A stretch of 48,330 nt of DNA from an uncultured Gammaproteobacteria bacterium (GTDB taxonomy: Bacteria; Patescibacteriota; Patescibacteriia; UBA9934; CAZDDW01). Where the stretch lies: positions 346,158 through 394,487 of the forward strand of contig OZ246408.1 of the NCBI GenBank assembly GCA_965231015.1, read 5' to 3'. The notes under the pieces are model-generated. The model made no database searches. It saw nothing but the letters and a program-made list of their open reading frames with translations, and was not told the origin of the DNA. Positions within the stretch are counted from its first letter, which is position 1, and each line of letters opens with the position of its first letter. This document shows positions 25,317 to 34,123 of this stretch, in pieces. Both the position numbers and the translations under genes were made by a program.

Positions 25317-26141
25317 ATGCTTTATTGGATAGTACCGTTAGTTTTTGCCCTGATCGCCCTTGTGATTATTGTGGTTTTAATGATCAGGAAGATTCCACAG
25401 TTACGGGCCCTGAATGTTGAAGAAACTTTGGAAGAAAAATTACGGCGTAAAAAAGAAGATCTGGTTTTAGAACGATTGAAAAGGATAAGTGACAGTCGGT
25501 TCGGCCGCCTGACCAGCAAGGTCGGCTCTATTTTTAAGGGGGCCATGAAATTTGGTCGAAAAACAGTTCATCGTCTAAAGGATTTGGAAGAGTATTATCA
25601 GGAACTCAAAGAGTCCAACGAGGGCGTGAGAAAAACTGATCCAGAGGTGGTTAAGCGATTGCTGGGTGAGGCTGGGTCGCTTGAAAAAGAGGAAAAGTAT
25701 GCAGCAGCGGAAAAGAAATATGTGGAGATTATCAGCCATAATCCAAAACATGTTGAAGCGTATGAAGAGTTGGGTCATTTATACATGAAAACGAAGCAGA
25801 TGGATCAGGCCAAAGAAACCTTTGGGTTTATTCTAAATTTACACTCAGATGATGCCAGTGTTTTAGCGGCCATGGGAGAGATTAGTTTAGGGGAAAATGA
25901 ACATGAACAAGCTTTGGGTTATTTTGAAAAAGCTGTTGCCAAAAGACCGGGTAATCCAAAATATTTGGATTTTATGATTGAAGCGGCCTTGCGGAGCAAG
26001 AAATTGTCTACTGCTCGACAAGGAATTGATCGTTTAAGAGAGGTTAATCCTGAAAATAGTAAACTGGATGAATTTGAGGCCAGATTTGGTGAACAAAGTG
26101 TTACTCCGGATAAAGAGGAAGAGTCTTTACAAGATCAGTAA
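25317..26141 (+). CDS. membrane-anchored TPR-repeat protein
   Basis: ATG at 25317 (MLYWIVPLVFALIALV, TM). TPR-like AEKKYVEIISHNPKHVEAYEELGHLYM repeats. Confidence 0.65.
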   Translation: MLYWIVPLVFALIALVIIVVLMIRKIPQLRALNVEETLEEKLRRKKEDLVLERLKRISDSRFGRLTSKVGSIFKGAMKFGRKTVHRLKDLEEYYQELKESNEGVRKTDPEVVKRLLGEAGSLEKEEKYAAAEKKYVEIISHNPKHVEAYEELGHLYMKTKQMDQAKETFGFILNLHSDDASVLAAMGEISLGENEHEQALGYFEKAVAKRPGNPKYLDFMIEAALRSKKLSTARQGIDRLREVNPENSKLDEFEARFGEQSVTPDKEEESLQDQ

Positions 26142-26184
26142 TAAATGATACAATTTCGCTGCTTCATAGCGTTTTTTATTTTAG

Positions 26185-26259
<75 letters not shown>

Positions 26260-26260
26260 C

Positions 26261-26345
26261 GGGTCGGTACTCAAGTGGTCAACGAGAGCAGACTGTAAAT
26301 CTGCTGGCATTGCCTTCGGGGGTTCGAATCCCTCCCGGCCCACCA
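26261..26345 (+). tRNA. tRNA-Tyr (anticodon GTA), long variable arm, CCA encoded
   Basis: GGGTCGG/CCGGCCC acceptor, GCAGA-CTGTAAA-TCTGC anticodon arm, 13-nt variable arm, TTCGAAT T-loop. Lies 1 nt after tRNA-Thr. Confidence 0.9.
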
Positions 26346-26462
26346 TCCTTCGCTCCAGCAAGTTTTTTGTTGGTGGGGCGAAGGATGTCCTCCGTAGCTT
26401 TAGCGAAGGAGGACCTCAGAAGAGGTCCCGCTGAAGCTTCGTATGGCAGGCCATCACAATAC
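26345..26462 (+). other. 117-nt highly structured spacer within the tRNA cluster
   Basis: A 16-bp composite hairpin at 26345-26386. Mutually exclusive hairpins GTCCTCC/GGAGGAC (26387-26414) and GGACCTC/GAGGTCC (26411-26428). Confidence 0.4.
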
Positions 26463-26538
26463 GCCACCTTAGCTCAGTTGGCAGAGCAACAGTTTTGTAA
26501 ACTGTGGGTCCCCGGTTCGAGCCCGGGAGGTGGCTCCA
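26463..26538 (+). tRNA. tRNA-Thr (anticodon TGT), CCA encoded
   Basis: GCCACCT/AGGTGGC acceptor, ACAGT-TTTGTAA-ACTGT anticodon arm, TTCGAGC T-loop. Confidence 0.9.
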
Positions 26539-26568
26539 TGTAATAATCAAACTTTGAAACCATAACTT

Positions 26569-26724
26569 ATGTCACAGGATAACTTGATCAAGCTCGAGTG
26601 TACCGAATGCAAAAGAATCGGCTACCAGAGTTTCAAAAATAAAAAGACTTTGAAGGAACGATTGGAACTTAAGAAACACTGCAAGTTCTGTAATAAACAC
26701 ACCCTTCATAAGGAGACCAAATAA
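26569..26724 (+). CDS. rpmG: 50S ribosomal protein L33 (zinc-ribbon type)
   Basis: 51 aa, not in the ORF track: [51 protein letters not shown], with CxxC...CxxC. Confidence 0.85.
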   Translation: MSQDNLIKLECTECKRIGYQSFKNKKTLKERLELKKHCKFCNKHTLHKETK

Positions 26725-26752
26725 AAAAAGCCCCGATCATTCGGGGTTTTTG
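26724..26752. terminator. bidirectional rho-independent terminator
   Basis: A-run, GCCCCGA-tcat-TCGGGGT, T-run. Confidence 0.75.
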
Positions 26753-26808
26753 CTTTGAATAGAATAGCTCCCAAACCAGATTGGCTTGGGAGCAAGGAGG
26801 TCGGTGGC

Positions 26809-27174
26809 TCAGGCAGGGTTGGGGTCAAGACTGAGAAACTGGACGTTCGGTCCGTCAGGGTCCAGAGTTTTGGCACCGGATTCATCGTCTTCGTCACTGA
26901 CGACCACCACCGTTCCGCTTTCCGTGGTTCCGGTGGCGGTGAAGCGACGCCTGGTTATGTGGGGATGACGAGAGATGGTGAGCCCTCGCCGAGAAGGGTC
27001 TGGGCGGGCTACGGCGAATTCGGCCTTACAGCTGGTGCACCGCAGCCAGGTTTCACACTCACCCTGCAGCATGGTCTCACACTCGCTGTGGTGGGAAAAA
27101 CAGTGCGGACAACCGTATTTGATGAGATCCGCTGAGCGGATGCAAATAATGCTATTACCGGCCTGTTCGCTCAC
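26809..27174 (-). CDS. 121-aa zinc-ribbon protein in GC-rich islet 4 (GTG start)
   Basis: GGAGG lies 6 nt before GTG 27174. CPHC...CTSC cysteine pairs and an acidic tail. 37 of 60 G+C at 26941-27000. Hairpin GCTCCCAA/TTGGGAGC after the stop. Confidence 0.6.
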   Translation of the reverse strand: MSEQAGNSIICIRSADLIKYGCPHCFSHHSECETMLQGECETWLRCTSCKAEFAVARPDPSRRGLTISRHPHITRRRFTATGTTESGTVVVVSDEDDESGAKTLDPDGPNVQFLSLDPNPA

Positions 27175-27311
27175 GTGCCGCCTCCGCTTGCTTGAGCATG
27201 GTTGTTAAATGTCCGAAGAAACAAATCTACTATATTATTGTAGAAAAATCAAGGGCTAGTCAAGAGATTGACTTTTTATGCTACAATGGGACAAGAATTA
27301 ATCGAATTAAT

Positions 27312-27773
27312 ATGTCACGATATTTTATTGCTTTTTCACTTTCAGCTTTTGTGTTTGTGGGAGCCGGATGCCTGTCACCAGAGCCGGAGCTTGAAACGCC
27401 AAGCACGCCAACCGAACAGACAGAGGAGACAACAGAAACCCAAATTCATCCAGCCGCAGAAGTAATCGGAGCCTGGCACGTTTTATTAACTGATTCAGAC
27501 GCACCTGGGGTGCCGGCCGATTTTTCAATCGAAGGTGATGTGATTTTTCAAACGGATTATACGGTAGTGGGGGATTTTGAAACCTCGGCTTTTAACACCG
27601 GAACTTATACTTATGAAAATGGTCAGGTGCATGCCGTGGCTGACAACGGTTCGATAGAGTTTTTTGCCACGGCAAGTGGGGACAGTACTAGTGGCACTTG
27701 GCACAACATGGTCAGTGATATTTGGGGCGAGATGACCGGTTATCGAATTCAGGCTGAAACTTTCTCATTGTAA
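27312..27773 (+). CDS. lipoprotein, function unknown
   Basis: ATG at 27312 (MSRYFIAFSLSAFVFVGAGC lipobox) within track ORF 27192-27773. An extended -10 (TGCTACAAT) lies upstream. Confidence 0.65.
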   Translation: MSRYFIAFSLSAFVFVGAGCLSPEPELETPSTPTEQTEETTETQIHPAAEVIGAWHVLLTDSDAPGVPADFSIEGDVIFQTDYTVVGDFETSAFNTGTYTYENGQVHAVADNGSIEFFATASGDSTSGTWHNMVSDIWGEMTGYRIQAETFSL

Positions 27774-27777
27774 AAAT

Positions 27778-28518
27778 ATGAAAAAAATTATTGCTTTGAT
27801 CGTCGGTATAACGATCACGTTCTCGTTCGTACCAAGTGCAGAAGCCGCAGAGGTTGGCGGGTACATTGATTCGATCGATTATTCCAATTACAGAATTGAT
27901 AATAACATTATTGGTTGGGCATACGACCCGCGTAACCCATCCGGTCCGGTAGAAATTGAGATTCAGATTGACGGTGAGTATGTTGAAACCTACCCTGTTA
28001 ATTGGCCAAGGCCTGACGTTGGTCAGGCCATGGGAATTGGTGATAATCAAGGATTTTTATATCCGGTCGATGATGTATATTTTGATGGGGAAGAGCATAT
28101 GGTTCGGATATATAGTGTCAGTTTAACTACCGGAGGAAAAACTGAGCTTGGCGGTTCGCCTTTTATGTTTTCAAAATATGATCCCGGAGTCACCGGTTAT
28201 GTCGACGAAGCTATACAACTAGAACAAGACGGTAGCTATTGGATTAAGGGTTGGGCCTTTGATAATCGTGATAACGACATCAATGTTCCAATTATTGTGT
28301 ACAAGCAATATTATTCTACAGGGGAAGTAATTGGTTTTGGTCAGGCTGATACCATCAGGACTGACGTGGGAGATGCCTATGACGTGGGAGATCAGCATGG
28401 TTTTTCAATTGAAATTGATTCCAGTCAAAAAAAATATTATTCTTTAGTTTCAGTTTACGCCATTGATTCTTCCGTTGGAGAATTGAAGCTATTGGGCCAG
28501 TTATCTATGGATTGGTAG
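27778..28518 (+). CDS. secreted protein with two tandem copies of an uncharacterised domain
   Basis: Signal peptide MKKIIALIVGITITFSFVPSAEA. The GYID...IIGWAYD...DVG...GF module occurs twice. Confidence 0.6.
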   Translation: MKKIIALIVGITITFSFVPSAEAAEVGGYIDSIDYSNYRIDNNIIGWAYDPRNPSGPVEIEIQIDGEYVETYPVNWPRPDVGQAMGIGDNQGFLYPVDDVYFDGEEHMVRIYSVSLTTGGKTELGGSPFMFSKYDPGVTGYVDEAIQLEQDGSYWIKGWAFDNRDNDINVPIIVYKQYYSTGEVIGFGQADTIRTDVGDAYDVGDQHGFSIEIDSSQKKYYSLVSVYAIDSSVGELKLLGQLSMDW

Positions 28519-28524
28519 CTTTGT

Positions 28525-29037
28525 TTAGACGCTTCGATAAAGATAAATCTCAATATCATCCTCGGTTGGTTTGTCGACCCTGACCGGCTTCCAGCCATCG
28601 ACAGGAAAAGCGTAAGAAATAACTCGAGTACCGGATTTAAGATCGGTCTCGAGTTTTGTTTTTAGTTTTTTGGTAATTGATTCTGGCATGCCGAAAAAAT
28701 AGACCACATCGGCCGCTCTAAGATCAGTTCGAAATAAACTACCAAATTTGATTCTAGCCGGAGAACCAAGAGCTCGAAGTTTTCCAAGAAATAAGATCGG
28801 CCAAGCGAGCTCGATTCCAGTAGCTCGAGCACCGGCCTTGGCCGCGGCAATCGTGGTGCGCCCGTCCCCGCAACCAAGCTCAAACCAAATCTCACCAGGG
28901 GTTATCCCCGCGAGATTAATAACTCGTTGAACGTCCTTTTTTCTCGTTGGTACCCATGGCGCAAAAGACTTAGCGGCAACAGCCACGGGAAGGAGAAGGA
29001 TCAGGATCGCGATGATGAGAATAAGTTGAACCGACAT
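28525..29037 (-). CDS. class I SAM-dependent methyltransferase with N-terminal TM anchor
   Basis: Contains the FELGCGDGRTTIAAAKAGARATGIEL motif. Start at ATG 29037 (MSVQLILIIAIL). Confidence 0.75.
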   Translation of the reverse strand: MSVQLILIIAILILLLPVAVAAKSFAPWVPTRKKDVQRVINLAGITPGEIWFELGCGDGRTTIAAAKAGARATGIELAWPILFLGKLRALGSPARIKFGSLFRTDLRAADVVYFFGMPESITKKLKTKLETDLKSGTRVISYAFPVDGWKPVRVDKPTEDDIEIYLYRSV

Positions 29038-29257
29038 AATTACTCGCCATTGTATCACAAAACCCCGAGTTTGAGCTCAGCAATTTGTGACAGGCTAAGT
29101 CGTTCGCGGCCCACGTGGCAGAATATTGCCTGCCGATCGAAGCTTTGGCAAAGGCTGGTAGTATATATTGTGAAGATATTTGCTTTTTTTCATCTATTTT
29201 ATAATACGAAATAGAATAAATTAATAAGATATTTATGTCCGAAAAAAACACAAAATA

Positions 29258-29557
29258 ATGCGTGAGCATCTCCGTTCCCAAGTCAAATTAGGAGATTGGG
29301 GGGAAGCGGATTATCAAAAGGGTTATAAATTTTTGGGTGCCAAAATGCAGGAGGGTATATTTGGCGTTGTTCTAAAAAAGGACGGGAGTATAGATGGTTA
29401 TGAAGATGCTATTAGTCTGAGCGGGCCTGAAAAAAATATATTAAAAAATGAGATAGTAGAGCAATATGCCCAATTGTTCTCTGATAGAAAAAAAGAAGTA
29501 GCTGAAATTCAAGTCGAATTGGTTGTTCCAGAAGAGGATGCTGAGCGCCAATGGTAA
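29258..29557 (+). CDS. hypothetical protein
   Basis: 99-aa track ORF. No recognisable motif. Confidence 0.45.
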   Translation: MREHLRSQVKLGDWGEADYQKGYKFLGAKMQEGIFGVVLKKDGSIDGYEDAISLSGPEKNILKNEIVEQYAQLFSDRKKEVAEIQVELVVPEEDAERQW

Positions 29558-29686
29558 CAATGATCAACCTAAAAATCGTCAGGTATGACAGCCTGCCGGT
29601 TTTTTGATCAAGCAGGGAGTCAGAGGTTTTTCTTTTTGAAATCAAAAACCCCGGGCGGGAGGCTCAGGGATTTTACAAAAAATAAA

Positions 29687-29920
29687 TTAAGCTTGTCGGG
29701 TTTCGAGTTTAACTATTCGTTCCTCAAGACGATCATATTTGCTGCGCAACGCAACTAATTTTTGATCGAGAGTCTCATGAAGTTTTACAGAACGATCGAA
29801 ATCTGTAAGAATTCGATTCTCGGTTTGTTTTAAATCTTCCTTGGTCACAAAGTCATCCATGCGTTCATCCATGTCGATAACTTTGGTTAAAATTTTATCT
29901 AGCATTTCTTGTTGTTCCAT
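29687..29920 (-). CDS. hypothetical coiled-coil protein
   Basis: 77-aa track ORF with heptad-like charged sequence. Confidence 0.5.
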   Translation of the reverse strand: MEQQEMLDKILTKVIDMDERMDDFVTKEDLKQTENRILTDFDRSVKLHETLDQKLVALRSKYDRLEERIVKLETRQA

Positions 29921-29959
29921 ACATTGGCAGTATAGCTGACCAACATCAATAAATCAAGT

Positions 29960-30035
29960 CCTCGAACTCTCGAAAAATAGCCAAGACAAAGAAAAAACCA
30001 CGGCATATACTTCCGTGATTTCCTCTTGGCAGGGG
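29960..30035. repeat. 76-bp direct repeat, copy A (contains the last 10 nt of tRNA-Trp)
   Basis: Identical base for base to 34025-34100. Confidence 0.95.
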
Positions 30036-30239
30036 TACATAGACCTCATGCGAACTCGCTTGAACGTACGTGCGGCATAGGCACAGTGGCAGAAATGCTT
30101 AGAAAATTGGCTTGAGTTAGCTGAGCTGGCCTCCCCCCTCCACCCCCCAAGGGGGTATCTGCTATATACGTACCAACCCGCTAAAAATCACACAAATTTC
30201 CGTTCCAGAACTTTTGTGCGAACTCAGTGAGGAAGCGTG

Positions 30240-30974
30240 CTATATTCGTCGAATTTGCACCTTTGATTCGTCGATCGAATCGTAACCAGTAAAAACACCC
30301 TCTTCGAAAATAAGTTCGTATTTCTGCAAAAAAGCTGTTACATTTTCTGCACCAATTAATAACTCGATATAATACCTGCCAGGTTTGAGAACGTTGGGTA
30401 TAACATTTCCCCCAACCATATTTGGCTGAACTACGGTACTGAACAACATGATATTATTTCCATTCCAGTTTTTTAAAAAACCCAGATCCCCATGTCTCTT
30501 GTGACCAGGTAAAATATCCATGCTTGTACTTTGATAATGACTCCACCTTAAATTCATTGGTAAAAAGGTTTTAACAATTTCTTCAGAACCATCACTGAAA
30601 ATTTGTTCACATTTATTGATATATATTTCTACATTCCTTGCTTCGGTATTCCCGATATTTTTTACATTCAACCTTATGTAATATACATACCCAGCTGAAG
30701 AGCCGTCTTCATACCGCATCTCAATTAAGTGACAATCTGGTGGCTCCTGTTTTATATCAACAAGTAGTTCGGTTTTGCTAAAAGCTCGTCGAATAGCCTC
30801 CTGAAAGACAGCTGCTATCCCAAGCCCGATTGTTCCAAATGCAACCCACCATTGCGAATTTGTATACCACGGGACAGACGCCTCGTTGAAGAGTGCCAAC
30901 AAGATTAGACAAAATACAAAAATGACAGCACCCAGTACCAAACCCTCCAGGAACAGTTTTTTCTCAAACTTCAT
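30240..30974 (-). CDS. membrane protein (two N-terminal TM helices), function unknown
   Basis: 244-aa track ORF. Last gene of the minus-strand island operon. Confidence 0.6.
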   Translation of the reverse strand: MKFEKKLFLEGLVLGAVIFVFCLILLALFNEASVPWYTNSQWWVAFGTIGLGIAAVFQEAIRRAFSKTELLVDIKQEPPDCHLIEMRYEDGSSAGYVYYIRLNVKNIGNTEARNVEIYINKCEQIFSDGSEEIVKTFLPMNLRWSHYQSTSMDILPGHKRHGDLGFLKNWNGNNIMLFSTVVQPNMVGGNVIPNVLKPGRYYIELLIGAENVTAFLQKYELIFEEGVFTGYDSIDESKVQIRRI

Positions 30975-31044
30975 ATACCACTCAATTAAATAAGGTTATC
31001 GTGAAGATAACCTTATCATTGTTTAATTTTCCTATCAAATTAAT

Positions 31045-32859
31045 TTATTCAAAATCCCCGCTAGGGATTTTGGCCAGATTATCATTGCTAATACCCATGC
31101 TCAACCACCGCATAATGCTGTAGGCTACGTCGCCGTTTTGCATGTAGATTCGGTGACATTTTTCCGGATGGATATACCAGGCCTCGCCGTGTTCCTCAAC
31201 CTGGAGCAAGATGTATCCCTTAAGACGGTCGGCCAAAGAATTGGTTGAACAAACGCTAGTGACTTCGTCCATCCCCGGTGCATCCTCAACAGAAGGAATC
31301 TGTTCCAAGTCTGAATTGGAAATACCTAATCCGAAAGCTCTCATCATTTCATAGGCTGTCCCTCCGTTCTTCATGTAATACCTGATTCCTTCGTCCGGGT
31401 GCAGGTACCAGGCCTCCCCGTGTTCGTCGGTTTGTAACATAACCCAGCCCTTCAATCGGTTGATTAACGAATCGTCGTGTTTAGCATCATTATATTGCCC
31501 GCCCAATTGAGCTACATCGGAACCATTGCTACCATTAGATATTTCGGACGTTGTCCCTGAATCACTTTGGCTTGACCCACTTGAACCACCTGAAGATATC
31601 ACTGAAAATTCAGGGCTATAATCATTTGAGTTTTCTAACTTCACCTTATACGTCCCAGTTGGCAAAATGCTTGGAATTGAAAATTCTGCTGATTCAGAAT
31701 CTTTGTAAGTGATATCTGTGGTACTAATCTTCATTGAATAAGAATCGGAGCTAATATAAATATCACGATATCTAAAATGTTCTCCTGATATTTCTACTGT
31801 TTCACCACTAGTAAAAGAGGTTCCGGAGACAGAATCTATCTTTATTGCTGGCAGTGTATCATCTAAAATATCCCCTACATGCAGATTGCCATGATTTGAC
31901 AGTTCAATAATGTAATCCATTATCTCGAAATTTTTCAGATTAGAATTTTGATTCATTAATAATGCTGCAGTCGCTGCAACCATTGGTGCCGAGAACGATG
32001 TCCCACTGATAAAATCATAATCCCACCCGTACATATGATGTGCTGGAACAACAGAAGTCAAAATTAAGTTTCCCGGAGCATTCACATCAACACAATCTCC
32101 GTAATTACTCCAATTGGCATCATAAGCCCCAACCCCGAGAACAATATTATAACCTTCTACATCATTGCAGACGGGAGAGACAGGGGCATAGGTAAGATTC
32201 TGGCCAATGGAATTAACAGATTCTACATCACCATTCCCAGCTGAAACAACAACAAAAACATCATGATCATACGCATATTGTATTGGGGTATCATAGCTTG
32301 ATGAGTACCCAACATACCCACTAGAACCTAAACTCATATTAATAATGTCTGCTCCATTGTCTACAGCATAATATATCGCATTGATAACACTAGCTTCATC
32401 GCATCCAAAATCATCACATGCTGTCAGTGCCATTATTTTGGCAGACGGTGCAATACCAACAATTCCATAACTATTCATTCTTGATGCAATGATACCAGCT
32501 ACTGCTGTCCCATGACTTCCCTTAGAAGAGACGTCTTGATTGCTATCTAGAAAATTCCAGCCCCAGTAATCATCGACATAACCATTTCCATCATCATCAA
32601 TACCGTTGTTAGCGACCTCATCTGAGTTCGTCCACATATTATTTGCAAGATCAGGGTGTCCGTGCCAAACGCCTTCGTCGATCACAGCAACAACGACACC
32701 ATCACCACGAACATCAACACTGTTCGGATAAAAACCGATTTTTACCAAATAATCCTGATATTCATAATAAGGATCGTTCACCGCATACCCAATATGTGGA
32801 ACAAGACAGAGAACAAAAAGTAGTGTGATAATCACCTGAAATTTGGTGTGTTCAATCAT
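31045..32859 (-). CDS. secreted subtilisin-like serine protease (peptidase S8) with two C-terminal ~60-aa repeats
   Basis: Signal peptide. Catalytic triad: Asp in VAVIDEGV, His in SHGTAVAGIIAS, Ser in SGTSFSAPMVAA. C-terminal repeats: RLKGxxxLQxxEHGEAWYxHP...GISNxxLxxIPS. Confidence 0.85.
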   Translation of the reverse strand: MIEHTKFQVIITLLFVLCLVPHIGYAVNDPYYEYQDYLVKIGFYPNSVDVRGDGVVVAVIDEGVWHGHPDLANNMWTNSDEVANNGIDDDGNGYVDDYWGWNFLDSNQDVSSKGSHGTAVAGIIASRMNSYGIVGIAPSAKIMALTACDDFGCDEASVINAIYYAVDNGADIINMSLGSSGYVGYSSSYDTPIQYAYDHDVFVVVSAGNGDVESVNSIGQNLTYAPVSPVCNDVEGYNIVLGVGAYDANWSNYGDCVDVNAPGNLILTSVVPAHHMYGWDYDFISGTSFSAPMVAATAALLMNQNSNLKNFEIMDYIIELSNHGNLHVGDILDDTLPAIKIDSVSGTSFTSGETVEISGEHFRYRDIYISSDSYSMKISTTDITYKDSESAEFSIPSILPTGTYKVKLENSNDYSPEFSVISSGGSSGSSQSDSGTTSEISNGSNGSDVAQLGGQYNDAKHDDSLINRLKGWVMLQTDEHGEAWYLHPDEGIRYYMKNGGTAYEMMRAFGLGISNSDLEQIPSVEDAPGMDEVTSVCSTNSLADRLKGYILLQVEEHGEAWYIHPEKCHRIYMQNGDVAYSIMRWLSMGISNDNLAKIPSGDFE

Positions 32860-32862
32860 AAT

Positions 32863-33185
32863 TTAATTCTGAATATTTTTTAAATGATATTTGTATTGTT
32901 CTGAAATCCGGAAGACCGCTTCGGTAATTTTTTTAATATCAGCTTCATCTTTGAAATACTGCTTATTCGTCTTACAGTGGTCTGTAAAATTGTTCATACT
33001 CTGCCCAAGTTTACCAAGTCTAAACAATGCACTAGTTAACGCATAGTTGTCTGCACGTAGTTTTAATTGTGTAGTTGGGGTCAGGTCTTGAGCAAATGAA
33101 ATTAGTACCCTGGAACATCATCTAACTTAACTTGGGAAAAACCACCCGAGGCCCCACCATTGCTATATGTAATAACCTCCCCCAT
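32863..33185 (-). pseudogene. disrupted small ORF between the lipoprotein and the S8 protease (27 codons, then 84 codons in another frame)
   Basis: ATG at 33185 lies 1 nt after the lipoprotein stop. The 84-codon frame (33117-32863) has no start codon and stops 3 nt before the protease ATG. Confidence 0.3.
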
Positions 33186-33186
33186 A

Positions 33187-33483
33187 TTATTTTGTAGAAT
33201 ACGGATTCTCACCATGCATCACGGCATCAACACACTCCTCTTTTGTGATGATACTCGGGTCTGGCGAAATACAACCAGCAATATACTCTTGATCTACATA
33301 TTCAATCATATTTGGATGATCTGGATTTCTCTGAGGACGGCCTTGTGTATAGCAATTCTGCTCTTCGGTCACAGGAAAATCTTTGCATGTTTCCATTGCT
33401 TCATCAACTGAAACTGTGGAATTATTGCACCCCACACCCATGAATATGATGCAGGCCAGAATCGGCAGGAAGAAAAATTTCAT
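33187..33483 (-). CDS. small lipoprotein with conserved cysteines
   Basis: ATG at 33483 (MKFFFLPILACIIFMGVGC lipobox) within track ORF 33187-33534. Confidence 0.6.
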   Translation of the reverse strand: MKFFFLPILACIIFMGVGCNNSTVSVDEAMETCKDFPVTEEQNCYTQGRPQRNPDHPNMIEYVDQEYIAGCISPDPSIITKEECVDAVMHGENPYSTK

Positions 33484-33496
33484 ATTAAAGATATAA

Positions 33497-33635
33497 ATAA
33501 AAAGCGACACCCGAGTGGTGTCGAACCCAGCCACACGTGACGAATCACGCTCGCTGTTTTAACCGGGTGCCGCTTATTAAGCGCGATTCCCGGTAAAAAC
33601 CGAAAAAAGATTAGTCACATGTGACTGGGTTCAAC
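33497..33635 (-). ncRNA. candidate ~140-nt small RNA: promoter, 19-bp closing helix, nested hairpins, intrinsic terminator
   Basis: The helix 33614-33632 / 33523-33541 has two G-U pairs, only in the minus sense. Inner ACCGGG/CCCGGT and CGCTTA/TAAGCG stems. Terminator GACACC-ACTCG-GGTGTC plus T-run at 33495-33522. Confidence 0.45.
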
Positions 33636-33641
33636 ATGACT

Positions 33642-33670
33642 AGTATAACAAGGTGCCTAATTTTAGACAA
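33642..33670 (-). promoter_or_regulatory. sigma70-like promoter of the candidate small RNA
   Basis: Minus strand: TTGTCT (33670-33665), 17 nt, TATACT (33647-33642). Confidence 0.5.
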
Positions 33671-33702
33671 GAATTAGGTTTTGTGGTAATTTAGAGGCAA
33701 AC

Positions 33703-34123
33703 ATGCGTATGAATATGAATATTATGCAAAAAGAAAGAGATGATGTTATTTCCTTGCTGAAATATACCTTCAAGGTAAAAGAAGCTTTGGGTGGTGATAA
33801 AGGCCCTCTTGAGGCTGATATTTATTTTGATACAAGAGACTTTAGCATTCGCTAAATCAGCCCAAGAACGTTTTGAAGAGGGTGATTATGAAGCCAAACG
33901 TTCTATCGCAGCATCGCTCGGAATTCAATATTCGTTAAAGGATAGAAAGCTCACATTGAACCTAGAACCGGTCTGGGAATTACTGTCAGATATTAAACCT
34001 CAGCTTGAGGAGGACGTACAAATTCTCGAACTCTCGAAAAATAGCCAAGACAAAGAAAAAACCACGGCATATACTTCCGTGATTTCCTCTTGGCAGGGGT
34101 GGGAGGAATCGAACCCCCAATAG
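33703..34123 (+). pseudogene. frameshifted remnant, possibly the C-terminal part of a large serine recombinase (identity uncertain)
   Basis: A 50-codon frame (33703-33855) continues in another frame as AFAKSAQERFEEGDYEAKRSIAASLGIQYSLKDRKLTLNLEPVWE. No catalytic N-terminal domain. The tail GWEESNPQ is an antisense read of the tRNA. Confidence 0.3.
34025..34100. repeat. 76-bp direct repeat, copy B (overlaps the tRNA-Trp 3' end)
   Basis: Identical to 29960-30035. Confidence 0.95.

Larger units (their letters stand above)
29960..34100. mobile_element. tRNA-Trp-associated island bounded by 76-bp perfect direct repeats (apparently immobilised)
   Basis: Architecture is tRNA, possible decayed recombinase-like frame, cargo, then a repeat carrying the tRNA 3' end. 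No intact integrase. Confidence 0.55.

Noticed and set aside
34091-34123. C-terminal GWEESNPQ tail of ORF 33791-34123 as genuine coding sequence
   Set aside because: It is the antisense translation of the tRNA-Trp T-arm and acceptor stem. The frame merely runs on until a stop codon inside the tRNA.
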